In this document: positions 1-8,090 of the stretch, in pieces | Position numbering within the stretch: the first letter of the stretch is position 1 | Layout of the letters: each line of letters begins with the position of its first letter | Origin: Candidatus Helarchaeota ASGARD archaeon Hel_GB_B | Lineage (GTDB): Archaea; Asgardarchaeota; Lokiarchaeia; Helarchaeales; HEL-GB-B | Length of the DNA: 12,432 bases | NCBI GenBank assembly: GCA_005191425.1 | Contig: SUPR01000096.1 | Location: forward strand, 1-12,432 | Reading direction: 5' to 3' | Notes under the pieces: model-generated | What the model saw: only the letters and a program-made list of their open reading frames with translations | The model's database searches: none | Told to the model about the DNA's origin: nothing | Translations under genes and position numbers: made by a program

Positions 1-376
1 TGCTAATAGAGATAACACCATGTACTTCATTTGGAAATTGGCAAGCTAAATACAATGCTAAAATGCCACCCATAGAATGTCCAATTAAAAATATTTTATC
101 GACTTCGTTTTTAAAATCTAAGAGCCACTGTTTTAATGCATTTATCCAGTCCTCTACTTTTGTTTTGTATAGGTCTTCTTTTGTGGTCCCGTAACCTGGA
201 AGTAAAGGAGCAAATACGGACATTCCAGTTGCTTCATAAATATATTTTCCCATTTCTCGCATATCAGATGCAGAGCCACCGCCACCGCCGTGGATTAGTA
301 TAACGCCGTTATTTGACCCTTTAAAATGGAATCCTTCAGCGCCTTTCAATACATTTTTAGGAGTTTTTAAGTTCAT
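1..376 (-). CDS. Alpha/beta-hydrolase (carboxylesterase / monoacylglycerol-lipase-like, Est30/YvaK type), C-terminus truncated by the window edge
   Basis: Not in the ORF track. Hand translation from ATG at 376: MNLKTPKNVLKGAEGFHFKGSNNGVILIHGGGGGSASDMREMGKYIYEATGMSVFAPLLPGYGTTKEDLYKTKVEDWINALKQWLLDFKNEVDKIFLIGHSMGGILALYLACQFPNEVHGVISIS... It has the GxSxG elbow GHSMGG (65..82) and the 'AP.LPG.GT..EDL....DW' pattern. The frame stays open to the edge. Confidence 0.9.
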   Translation of the reverse strand, partial: MNLKTPKNVLKGAEGFHFKGSNNGVILIHGGGGGSASDMREMGKYIYEATGMSVFAPLLPGYGTTKEDLYKTKVEDWINALKQWLLDFKNEVDKIFLIGHSMGGILALYLACQFPNEVHGVISIS

Positions 377-452
377 AATTAAAATTCTATATTACCAAAT
401 ATAAATAATATAATTAAGAATAAAAATAATAAAAAATTAAGAAGATAAAAAA

Positions 453-1493
453 ATGAAAGATCTTCCAATAATAAGGAATTTTAAAAGAAGGCGTATTTCA
501 AGTCATGACCCAACTCATGGAAATAAAGATTTTTTAGTTATTAAGAGAGATGAGAAGAGGGTTATTGCGGATATCGGCGGGCCGGGTTGTATTGTACATA
601 TTTGGTGTACAATGGATTGCAGTTCAAGATATTATCTAAGAAAAGTAGTATTGAGAGCTTATTGGGATGGAGAAAAAAGTCCAAGTATTGAAGTCCCGAT
701 AGGTGATTTTTTTGGGATTGGGCATGCGATTTGTAAGAATTTTGTTTCGATGCCTCTTTCAATGTCTCCTGAAAATGGTCGTGGGTTTAATTGTTATTTT
801 CCAATGCCATTTGAGGAGCGGGCAATATTAGAAATAGAGAACGAAGCAAAATCCACGCTATTGTTTTATTTTTATATTGATTTTGAACTATATGATAAAT
901 TGCAAGAGAATATGGGTAGGTTTCATGCCTGGTGGAATCGAGAAAATCCATGTGAAGGCGTTTCAGATGAACATTTTTCAAATAATGTGAGCTTTTTGTT
1001 GCAGGGTAAGAACACGGATTTTTCAAAAAATTATTTGATTTTGGAAGCAGAAGGGAAAGGACATTATGTTGGATGTAATATTAATATTCACAATTTAAGA
1101 GAGACTTCAGAACATAATTGGCCCGGTGAAGGTGATGATATGATTTACATTGATGGTTCTGAGCAACCAATAATTTATGGAACAGGAACTGAGGATTATT
1201 TTAATTCTGCATATTGTCCAACTCAAGAATATAATTCATTATATCATGGAATAACGCTACCTGGAGGTAAAAATTGGTCAGGAAAAATCTCTTACTATCG
1301 GTTTCATATATTAGACCCAATTTATTTTGAAAAATCAATAAAAGTAACAATTGAGCACGGACATGCAAATAGATTGGCTAATGACTATAGTTCAACAGCC
1401 TACTGGTATCAGATTGAGCCGCATAAAAAGTTCAAACTATTATTGCCGGTAAATGATAGATTACCTAGGAAATTACCTAAGGAAATAGTTTGA
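453..1493 (+). CDS. DUF2961 / glycoside hydrolase family 172-like protein
   Basis: 346 aa with family motifs GPGCIVHIWCT, LRAYWDGEKSPSIEVPIGDFFG, NCYFPMPF, WPGEGDDMIYIDG, GTGTEDYFN, YRFHILDPIYF, IEHGHAN and YSSTAYWYQ. No signal peptide is evident. Confidence 0.9.
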   Translation: MKDLPIIRNFKRRRISSHDPTHGNKDFLVIKRDEKRVIADIGGPGCIVHIWCTMDCSSRYYLRKVVLRAYWDGEKSPSIEVPIGDFFGIGHAICKNFVSMPLSMSPENGRGFNCYFPMPFEERAILEIENEAKSTLLFYFYIDFELYDKLQENMGRFHAWWNRENPCEGVSDEHFSNNVSFLLQGKNTDFSKNYLILEAEGKGHYVGCNINIHNLRETSEHNWPGEGDDMIYIDGSEQPIIYGTGTEDYFNSAYCPTQEYNSLYHGITLPGGKNWSGKISYYRFHILDPIYFEKSIKVTIEHGHANRLANDYSSTAYWYQIEPHKKFKLLLPVNDRLPRKLPKEIV

Positions 1494-1804
1494 AAAAATG
1501 AAATATGAGACAAATATCAAACAAAAACAGTAGTTACCAGATTTAAAATTCTAAGAAACAAGATTTGAAAAAATATTCAAATAATAATTAAATTTTTAAT
1601 ATTGATTTAAAACAATTTTTTAAAATTTAAAATATTTAACTGCTTTAAAAGCTCATAAATATAAATATTGAAAAAATTTAAAGAAATTAATGTTTCATTT
1701 TTAAATATAGATCATAATTTAATTTAAAAAAAAATAAAAAAATATAATATAAATTAATAGACTTGAAAAAATAGGTCAAAAAATTATTATTTTTAGTGAT
1801 ATCA

Positions 1805-2992
1805 ATGCGAGATGTATATATAGTAGATTATTTGAGAACAGCATTTTCAAGGTCAAGGCCAAGGCAACCTGAGCGAGATGTATTTAATTGCTATAGAGCA
1901 GATGATCTTGCAAGTTTTGTGTATGAGGAGCTTGTAAAAAGGACGAAAATTAATCCGGAAGAGATTGGAGATGTATTAACGGGGTGTGCTTTTCCAATTG
2001 GGGAGAATTGGATGTATGGTGGTAGGACAGTTAGTTTATTAGCTAAATTACCGTTAAGCGTCCCAGCAGCTGGAATTGATCGTCAATGTGCGTCAAGTCA
2101 AACAACAATTCAGTATGGTGCAATGGAAATAATGACTGGATTTTCAGATATAGTGCTTGCGGGAGGGATGGAACATATGACCCATCATCCGATGGGTGAA
2201 GGAGTAAAGCCAAGTCCAAAGTTAGGGCAACATCCTAGTGGTTTTGAAGCAGCGGTAGCAATTAATATGGGTTTAACAGCTGAAAAATTGTTTAATGAAG
2301 TAAAAGATAAGATAACAAGAGAGGATATGGATAAATGGAGTTTAAGGAGCCATGAACTAGCCGCAAAAGCTGTTGATGAAGGGTATTTTAAAGGAGAAAT
2401 ACTTCCCGTAGAGGTCACATTGGCAGACGGTACTAAAAAAATTATTGATGTTGACCAGTCCATTCGTCGTGGTGGGACAATGGAAAAAATGGCTCAATTG
2501 AAACCTGCTTTTAAGAGAAAAGGTAATATTACAGCGGGAAATTCGTCGCCCTTAAATGCTGGAGCAGCAGGAGTTATTTTAATGACAAAAGAGCAGATGG
2601 AGAAATATAACTTAAAACCATTGGCTAGAATAGTTTCTATGGCAGTCGCAGCAGTAGATCCAAGTGTAATGGGAAAAGGGCCCGTACCTGCATCGAAAAA
2701 GGCATTAGAACGAGCTGGGCTAACTGTAGATGATATCGATTATTGGGAAATTAATGAAGCTTTTGCAATTGTTACACTATATTGTATTGACCAATTAGGA
2801 ATAGACCCAAATAAGGTAAATATAAAGGGCGGGGCTATAGCGTTAGGACATCCATTAGGGGCTAGTGGAGCTAGATTAACCGGGACTTTAGCTCGAATAT
2901 TAAATCTCGAAAAAGGAAAATACGGACTTGCAAACCTCTGCGTTGGTGGAGGACAGGGAACAGCAATTGTAATCGAACGAGTAGAAGATTAA
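1805..2992 (+). CDS. Thiolase (acetyl-CoA C-acyltransferase, FadA/AtoB-like)
   Basis: Contains the nucleophile motif DRQCASS, NEAFA, GGAIALGHPLGASG (catalytic His) and CVGGGQG (catalytic Cys). The ORF track starts at GTG 1796. ATG 1805 is preferred because GTGAT lies 4 nt upstream of it, as at other genes here. Confidence 0.95.
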   Translation: MRDVYIVDYLRTAFSRSRPRQPERDVFNCYRADDLASFVYEELVKRTKINPEEIGDVLTGCAFPIGENWMYGGRTVSLLAKLPLSVPAAGIDRQCASSQTTIQYGAMEIMTGFSDIVLAGGMEHMTHHPMGEGVKPSPKLGQHPSGFEAAVAINMGLTAEKLFNEVKDKITREDMDKWSLRSHELAAKAVDEGYFKGEILPVEVTLADGTKKIIDVDQSIRRGGTMEKMAQLKPAFKRKGNITAGNSSPLNAGAAGVILMTKEQMEKYNLKPLARIVSMAVAAVDPSVMGKGPVPASKKALERAGLTVDDIDYWEINEAFAIVTLYCIDQLGIDPNKVNIKGGAIALGHPLGASGARLTGTLARILNLEKGKYGLANLCVGGGQGTAIVIERVED

Positions 2993-3000
2993 ATACTATT

Positions 3001-3019
3001 TTATTTTACTCATTTTTTT
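3001..3019 (+). terminator. Possible archaeal oligo-T terminator after the thiolase
   Basis: TTATTTTACTCATTTTTTT (T7 at 3013-3019) just after the stop at 2992. Weak evidence in such AT-rich DNA. Confidence 0.3.
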
Positions 3020-3099
3020 AAAATTACTCGTAATATTAGTAATCGAAATAATTTTGGATTCGAATTAAATTTTCATAAATATTTGATGGTGGGAAACAA

Positions 3100-3822
3100 A
3101 TGCTTTTAGAAAATATGACCTGGAAAGAAATCGAAGATTATGTGAGAAAAAATAAAGTTATATTAATACCTACTGGTGTATATGAGGAGCATGGTTTTCA
3201 TCTTCCAGTTTCTACGGATAATGACATTGGTATGTATATATCAAAAAAAGTAGGAGATAATTTAGATTTAATTGTTGCGCCATTAATTCCATTTGGAATC
3301 TCCAGAAAAACAAGGGAATTCCCTGGTTCTATTATGCTACAATTTGAAACTTTTAAACATCTTATTGAAGATATTTTGATAAATTATTTAGAAAATGGTT
3401 TTAAAAAATTGATAATATTTTCTTTTCATGGCTCCAGCAATCATTTAATGGCTCTAAACGAAGCTGCATATACAATTAAAAGAAAATGGCGGAACGAGCC
3501 AGATGTTCATATATACATAATATCAAGTAAAGATATTAGTGATAACAGAATTTTTAAATTATTAAAATCAATTCCAATCCATTCAGGAGAATTAGAAACA
3601 TCTATTATGTTATATTTATCAGAAAATCTTGTAAAAATTGATAAAGTTATAAAAGAAGAACCAAAATTTCCTGATTATGAGCTATTATTAACAGGACGCC
3701 CTTGGATGAAAAGTGGAGTCATGGGAGACCCTGTAAAAGCTACAAAAGAAAAAGGTGAATCTATTATAAAGTTTTTTATTGAAAATTTAACCAATAAAAT
3801 TAGAAAAATTATTGAAAATTAA
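3100..3822 (+). CDS. Creatininase-family amidohydrolase (creatinine amidohydrolase / ArfB / MftE superfamily)
   Basis: Motifs ENMTW, IPTGVYEEHGFHLPVSTD, FHGSSNH, HSGELETS and SGVMGDP match the family pattern. The substrate cannot be determined from sequence. Confidence 0.9.
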   Translation: MLLENMTWKEIEDYVRKNKVILIPTGVYEEHGFHLPVSTDNDIGMYISKKVGDNLDLIVAPLIPFGISRKTREFPGSIMLQFETFKHLIEDILINYLENGFKKLIIFSFHGSSNHLMALNEAAYTIKRKWRNEPDVHIYIISSKDISDNRIFKLLKSIPIHSGELETSIMLYLSENLVKIDKVIKEEPKFPDYELLLTGRPWMKSGVMGDPVKATKEKGESIIKFFIENLTNKIRKIIEN

Positions 3823-3849
3823 ATACTCCAAGGGGATATAATAAAAAAA

Positions 3850-4203
3850 TTATTCATATAATGTCCCAAGCCATCCTTCATCATTTCCTTTTTCATCAAG
3901 AATATTGAAATTAGTAACGACCAAGATTTCTTTTTTTTCTCCTTCTTCTTCAACAATTTTTTTTATTTTAATCATTCTTATATAATATATAGCATTACAA
4001 TTTCTACATTTTACTTTGTAATCAATTATTTCCTTTTTTGATTCGTCAGACTCTTCTATGTTAATTTTTTTTTCAAGAAATTCTAATACAAATTTATTTT
4101 CCATTGAGCACCTAATACAAGCCTTAATATTTATTGGTTGGAATCCCCTTCTTCCTAATGGAATGTAAATTGTGTCTGGTAATTCATCAGCTAAATTTGC
4201 CAT
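3850..4203 (-). CDS. Hypothetical protein with two CxxC motifs (putative Zn ribbon)
   Basis: 117 aa ORF with CIRC...CRNC and a GTGAT motif 4 nt upstream of its ATG. It fills the gap between convergent and divergent neighbours with no overlap. Confidence 0.8.
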   Translation of the reverse strand: MANLADELPDTIYIPLGRRGFQPINIKACIRCSMENKFVLEFLEKKINIEESDESKKEIIDYKVKCRNCNAIYYIRMIKIKKIVEEEGEKKEILVVTNFNILDEKGNDEGWLGTLYE

Positions 4204-4482
4204 TTAGATCACATATACTTTGTAAATTTTTTAATTTGTTCATGAATTAAATTGTTTAATTATAAATTTAATTATATAAAAACAAAACCTAAATTGAATA
4301 AGAATTTAATTGTAAATATTAGTATCTAATTTAAAAAAAAACTATATTAATGGATAAGTTAATTTTTAAATTAAATAACAGAACTTGAAATGTGAAAATA
4401 GAAATAATATATTTATTTTAATAATGTATTCATTTTGTAAGAGATTAAATATACAATTTTGTATAGTTTGAATTTTTACTAT

Positions 4483-4500
4483 CAGAAATTTTATATAAAA
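4483..4500. promoter_or_regulatory. Candidate archaeal BRE-TATA promoter (the TATA part is palindromic, so either direction is possible)
   Basis: CAGAAAT-TTTATATA fits the BRE+TATA pattern, and TTTTATATAAAA (4489-4500) is a perfect palindrome. It lies in the divergent spacer. Confidence 0.35.
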
Positions 4501-4917
4501 ATTAATTTTTTTTTATTTACTTGGCGAAAAATGAATTACCTTAAAATCTACGGCTAATACTTTGAGAAAAAATCAATAATATAGCTTAATTCCAAATTAT
4601 TATTTAAAGAATAGATTTTGAAGACTTTTAAATATTAAAGAGAATAAAATCTATAAAAAATAATATAGAAAAATAAAGACATGATAAGAGATAGAAATAT
4701 ATTTCAGATCATTTATCAGTCTCAATCTTTTTTAGAAAAAAAATTAAATTGTGATATAGTTATAACATGATTTCGGAAAAATTTAAATAATTATTTTAAA
4801 AAACCTTTATAGTTTAATCTAAGAAAAATGTGAAATTATGTTTCAATTTTTAATTTTTAAATGATAGTTAAATTAATAGTGAAAAATTATAAGATATTAA
4901 AAAGATATAAAATATTA

Positions 4918-4922
4918 GTGAT
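4918..4922 (+). promoter_or_regulatory. Archaeal Shine-Dalgarno-like GTGAT upstream of argG
   Basis: GTGAT-N4-ATG, the same spacing as at 1796-1800 (thiolase) and 4208-4212 on the minus strand (Zn-ribbon gene). Confidence 0.6.
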
Positions 4923-4926
4923 ATAA

Positions 4927-6171
4927 ATGTTTAGGGCTACATATTCACCGAAGATAGAAGATTTGAAGAATAAACCAGTAGTTTTGCTATATTCAGGTGG
5001 GCTGGATACAAGTACGATGTTAGTTTGGTTGCAAGAAAATTATAAATGTGAGGTAATATCATGCACAGTTTCAATTGGTCAGAAAGGAAAGGATTTTAAG
5101 CAATTAGAGGAAAAAGCATATAGATTAGGCGTAAAAAAACACTATACAATAGATGCGCGTGAAGAATTTGTAGAAAATTATCTATTTCCAGCTATAAAAG
5201 CAAATGCTTTATATGAAGGTGCATACCCATTGCATTCGGCATTGTCGCGTCCATTATTAGCCAAATATGCGATAGAAATTGCAGAAAAAGAAAATGCAGT
5301 AGCAATAGCTCATGGATGTACAGGAAAAGGTAATGACCAAGTTAGAATAAATATTACAGCCTTTACATTAAATCCAAAAATAAAGATAATTCAACCAGTT
5401 GTTGAGTGGGGCTTTTTAAGAGACCAAGAAATCGAATATGCGCACAGCCATGGAATTCCAATTCCAGAAAAGTCAGTTTATTCAATTGATGAAAATATAT
5501 TTGGAAGGAGTATCGAATGTGGAGAATTAGAATTTCCAGATAAAGAGCCACCTGCCGATGCATTTGAGTGGACTACTGACCCAAGAGAAGCGCCAAATGA
5601 CCCAGAATATGTAGAACTAACATTTAAGAGAGGGATCCCAATTAAATTAAATGGGGAGTCGATGAATGGCTATGAATTGATCCAGAAATTAAATGAAATT
5701 GCTGGAAAACATGGAGTAGGTAGAATAGACCATTTGGAGGACCGAATTGTAGGGCTTAAATCAAGAGAGCTTTATGAAAACCCAGCAGCAGTTGTTTTAA
5801 TAAAAGCTCATAAAGATTTAGAAAAAGGAGTATGTACAAGTCAAGAAGTAGATTTTAAAAATATGGTAGACCAGCGATGGGCATACATGTGTTATGCAGG
5901 ATTATGGTTAAATCCATTAATGGATGATTTAAATGCATTTATAAATGAAGTAAATAAAAAAGTGAATGGGACAGTTAAATTGAAATTATTTAAAGGAAAC
6001 GCCGAAGTAGTAGGCAGAAAATCAAAATGGCTACTTTATGACTATAAACTTGCTACATATGAAGGAATTTCGACCTTCAATGAAAAAGCTTCATATGGTT
6101 TCATTGAGCTATGGGGATTACAAACAAAGATGAGCTATCAAATAAAAAAACAAAATGAAAATGAAGATTAA
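4927..6171 (+). CDS. argG: Argininosuccinate synthase
   Basis: Motifs LYSGGLDTS, ANALYEGAYPL.SALSRPL, AHGCTGKGNDQVR, YSIDENIFGRSIECG and GKHGVGRIDHLEDRIVGLKSRELYE. Confidence 0.97.
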   Translation: MFRATYSPKIEDLKNKPVVLLYSGGLDTSTMLVWLQENYKCEVISCTVSIGQKGKDFKQLEEKAYRLGVKKHYTIDAREEFVENYLFPAIKANALYEGAYPLHSALSRPLLAKYAIEIAEKENAVAIAHGCTGKGNDQVRINITAFTLNPKIKIIQPVVEWGFLRDQEIEYAHSHGIPIPEKSVYSIDENIFGRSIECGELEFPDKEPPADAFEWTTDPREAPNDPEYVELTFKRGIPIKLNGESMNGYELIQKLNEIAGKHGVGRIDHLEDRIVGLKSRELYENPAAVVLIKAHKDLEKGVCTSQEVDFKNMVDQRWAYMCYAGLWLNPLMDDLNAFINEVNKKVNGTVKLKLFKGNAEVVGRKSKWLLYDYKLATYEGISTFNEKASYGFIELWGLQTKMSYQIKKQNENED

Positions 6172-6308
6172 TAACTTACTTTTTAAATCTAAATAATTGG
6201 AATTTTAATGTAAATTTTATTTAAAAATATCAAATAAGTTAAGAAATTATTTTTATTATGGTTTAGTTTCAAATAAAATTAAATTTTTGTGAGATGTTCC
6301 TTCTATTA

Positions 6309-6323
6309 CAGAAATTTTATTTA
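6309..6323 (+). promoter_or_regulatory. Candidate internal BRE-TATA promoter for argH-lysW-lysX-lysZ-lysK
   Basis: CAGAAATTTTAT(TTA) lies in the 195-bp argG-argH gap, about 45 nt before argH. It is identical over 12 nt to 4483-4494. Confidence 0.35.
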
Positions 6324-6366
6324 TGAATAATTTATTGAATATATCTTATCCATAAAATTCTTAAAA

Positions 6367-7887
6367 ATGATTAAAATGACTGAAAAGCCTTGGTCTGGTA
6401 GGTTTGATTCAGATATAAAAAAAGAAGTATTAGATTATTCTGTAGGAGACGATATTGATTTAGATAAAGAATTAATAATTCACGATATAATTGGAACTGA
6501 AGCTCATGATATAATGCTATATAAAGTTGGAATTTTGAAGGAACAGACCATTAAAAATATATTAACTGGGCTTGAGAGGATTAAAAAGTTAGTTTTAGAA
6601 AATAAGTTTATATTAGAGAAAAATTTTGAAGATGTACATATGAATATAGAAAAAGCAGTGATTAATTATATTGGAGAAGATGATGGAGGAAATATACATA
6701 TTGCAAGGTCTCGAAACGACCAAATACAGCTTGATTTACGTTTATTTATGCGAGATAATATTATAGAAATTTTGGAACAACTAATAAATTTAATAGAATC
6801 ATTAATAAATAAGGCGAAATCTAATTTAGATACAATTATGCCAGGGTACACACACTTTCAATTAGCTCAGCCAATTACATTTGCGCATTGGAGTATGTCA
6901 CATGTAGATGCCTTTATTCGAGATTTTGAAAGTATTAATACAGTCTATAAACAAATTAACCAATCACCTTTGGGTGCAGCTGCAATGGCAGGTGTAAGTT
7001 GGAAAATTGACCGAAAATTAACAGCAGATTTACTCGGGTTTGATAGTGTTCAGGAGAATACATTAGATTGTATTTCATGTAGAGGCGAATTTATTGCAAA
7101 ATTATTGAGTAGTTTTTCTATTTTAATGATACATCTTAGTAAAATATCCGAAGATTTTATCCTGTGGTCTACGAGGGAATTTAATATGGTTGAAATCAAC
7201 GATTCATTTGCGACTGGAAGTAGTATAATGCCACAGAAAAAAAATCCAGATATCTGTGAGTTAATCAGAGCTCGCACTACTGTGCTTAACTCATTATTAT
7301 TCCAAGTTTTAAATATAATTAAAGGACTTCCATCAGGATATCATAGAGACCATCAAGAAACTAAATATCCTTTAATTAAAAGTATTAAGATAGTAAAAGA
7401 ATCAATATCAATAATGACTGGATTAATTAATACAATAATATTAAAAAAAGATAGGATGAATGAATTAGTAAATAATAATTTTATAGCTGCTACAGAAGTT
7501 ATGGATTATTTAGTAAAACATGGAATTCCTCTTAGGACTGCCCATAATATAGTAGGAAAATTTATTAAAGGTCTAATAAAAAATTCAGTATATTCATTAA
7601 ATCAAGCTAAAGTTGAAATATTAAAAAATCTTGTCAAAAATGAATTACAGATAGATTTAAAAATAACTCAAAAAGAATTTGATGATTTAATAAATATTGA
7701 AAATATTATTAAAAATAGAAATTTAATTGGCGGTCCTGCTCCAGAAGAAGTATCAAGAATGATAAAAGATAGGACTGATAAAATTCAAATTTATAAGAAA
7801 ATAAATGAACAAATTAAAAATAAAAATAAGACAACAAAATTAAAACTAAATGAATTGGTTAAATCTATAATAAATGGAGGTAAATAA
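6367..7887 (+). CDS. argH: Argininosuccinate lyase
   Basis: Motifs PWSGRF, HIARSRNDQ, MPGYTHFQLAQP, SPLGAAAMAG and the fumarase-superfamily signature GSSIMPQKKNPD. The true start may be ATG 6376 (TGAT-N4-ATG spacing). Confidence 0.96.
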   Translation: MIKMTEKPWSGRFDSDIKKEVLDYSVGDDIDLDKELIIHDIIGTEAHDIMLYKVGILKEQTIKNILTGLERIKKLVLENKFILEKNFEDVHMNIEKAVINYIGEDDGGNIHIARSRNDQIQLDLRLFMRDNIIEILEQLINLIESLINKAKSNLDTIMPGYTHFQLAQPITFAHWSMSHVDAFIRDFESINTVYKQINQSPLGAAAMAGVSWKIDRKLTADLLGFDSVQENTLDCISCRGEFIAKLLSSFSILMIHLSKISEDFILWSTREFNMVEINDSFATGSSIMPQKKNPDICELIRARTTVLNSLLFQVLNIIKGLPSGYHRDHQETKYPLIKSIKIVKESISIMTGLINTIILKKDRMNELVNNNFIAATEVMDYLVKHGIPLRTAHNIVGKFIKGLIKNSVYSLNQAKVEILKNLVKNELQIDLKITQKEFDDLINIENIIKNRNLIGGPAPEEVSRMIKDRTDKIQIYKKINEQIKNKNKTTKLKLNELVKSIINGGK

Positions 7888-8067
7888 TTGACAAAAAAGG
7901 GTACATGTCCATCATGTTATTTTGAAATAGAAGTTAATGATGATGTAATATTAGGAGAAATATTAGAGTGTCCTGATTGTTCTTCGGAATTAGAAATCAT
8001 AGAAATTAAGAATGATGAAGTAGTTTTCCAAATTGCAGAAGAAGTCGAGGATGACTGGGGCGAATAA
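7888..8067 (+). CDS. lysW: LysW/ArgW amino-group carrier protein (59 aa)
   Basis: Not in the ORF track. TTG start directly after the argH stop, with GGAGGT at 7876-7881. Translation: MTKKGTCPSCYFEIEVNDDVILGEILECPDCSSELEIIEIKNDEVVFQIAEEVEDDWGE. It has two CPxC motifs, 18 of 59 residues acidic, and a C-terminal DDWGE (canonical EDWGE). Confidence 0.97.
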   Translation: MTKKGTCPSCYFEIEVNDDVILGEILECPDCSSELEIIEIKNDEVVFQIAEEVEDDWGE

Positions 8068-8090
8068 TTGAATAAATTGGTTGTGATGAA

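Noticed and set aside
562-1026. Minus-strand ORFs 562..762 and 787..1026
   Set aside because: They are antisense shadows within the well-supported DUF2961 gene and have no recognisable motifs.
1494-1795. AT-rich 300-bp spacer as a possible ncRNA, repeat or MITE
   Set aside because: Only A/T runs and a 5-bp dyad (GCTTT-A-AAAGC, 1642-1652). No terminal repeats, tRNA fold or regular spacing.
2185-2463. Minus-strand 92-aa ORF
   Set aside because: Antisense to the thiolase, with the Ser-rich composition typical of shadow frames.
4681-4770. 29-codon upstream ORF (MIRDRNIFQIIYQSQSFLEKKLNCDIVIT) as an arginine attenuator leader
   Set aside because: Only two non-adjacent Arg codons, no ribosome-binding motif and no GC-rich alternative hairpins. 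Expected by chance.
6322-6338. ARG-box-like dyad TGAATAA-T-TTATTGA before argH (and a weaker one at 4467-4484)
   Set aside because: ArgR boxes are bacterial and AT-rich. Imperfect matches are uninformative at this base composition, and no argR is in view.
5363-7277. Minus-strand ORFs 5363..5563, 6666..6851 and 7050..7277
   Set aside because: Entirely antisense to argG or argH, with no motifs.
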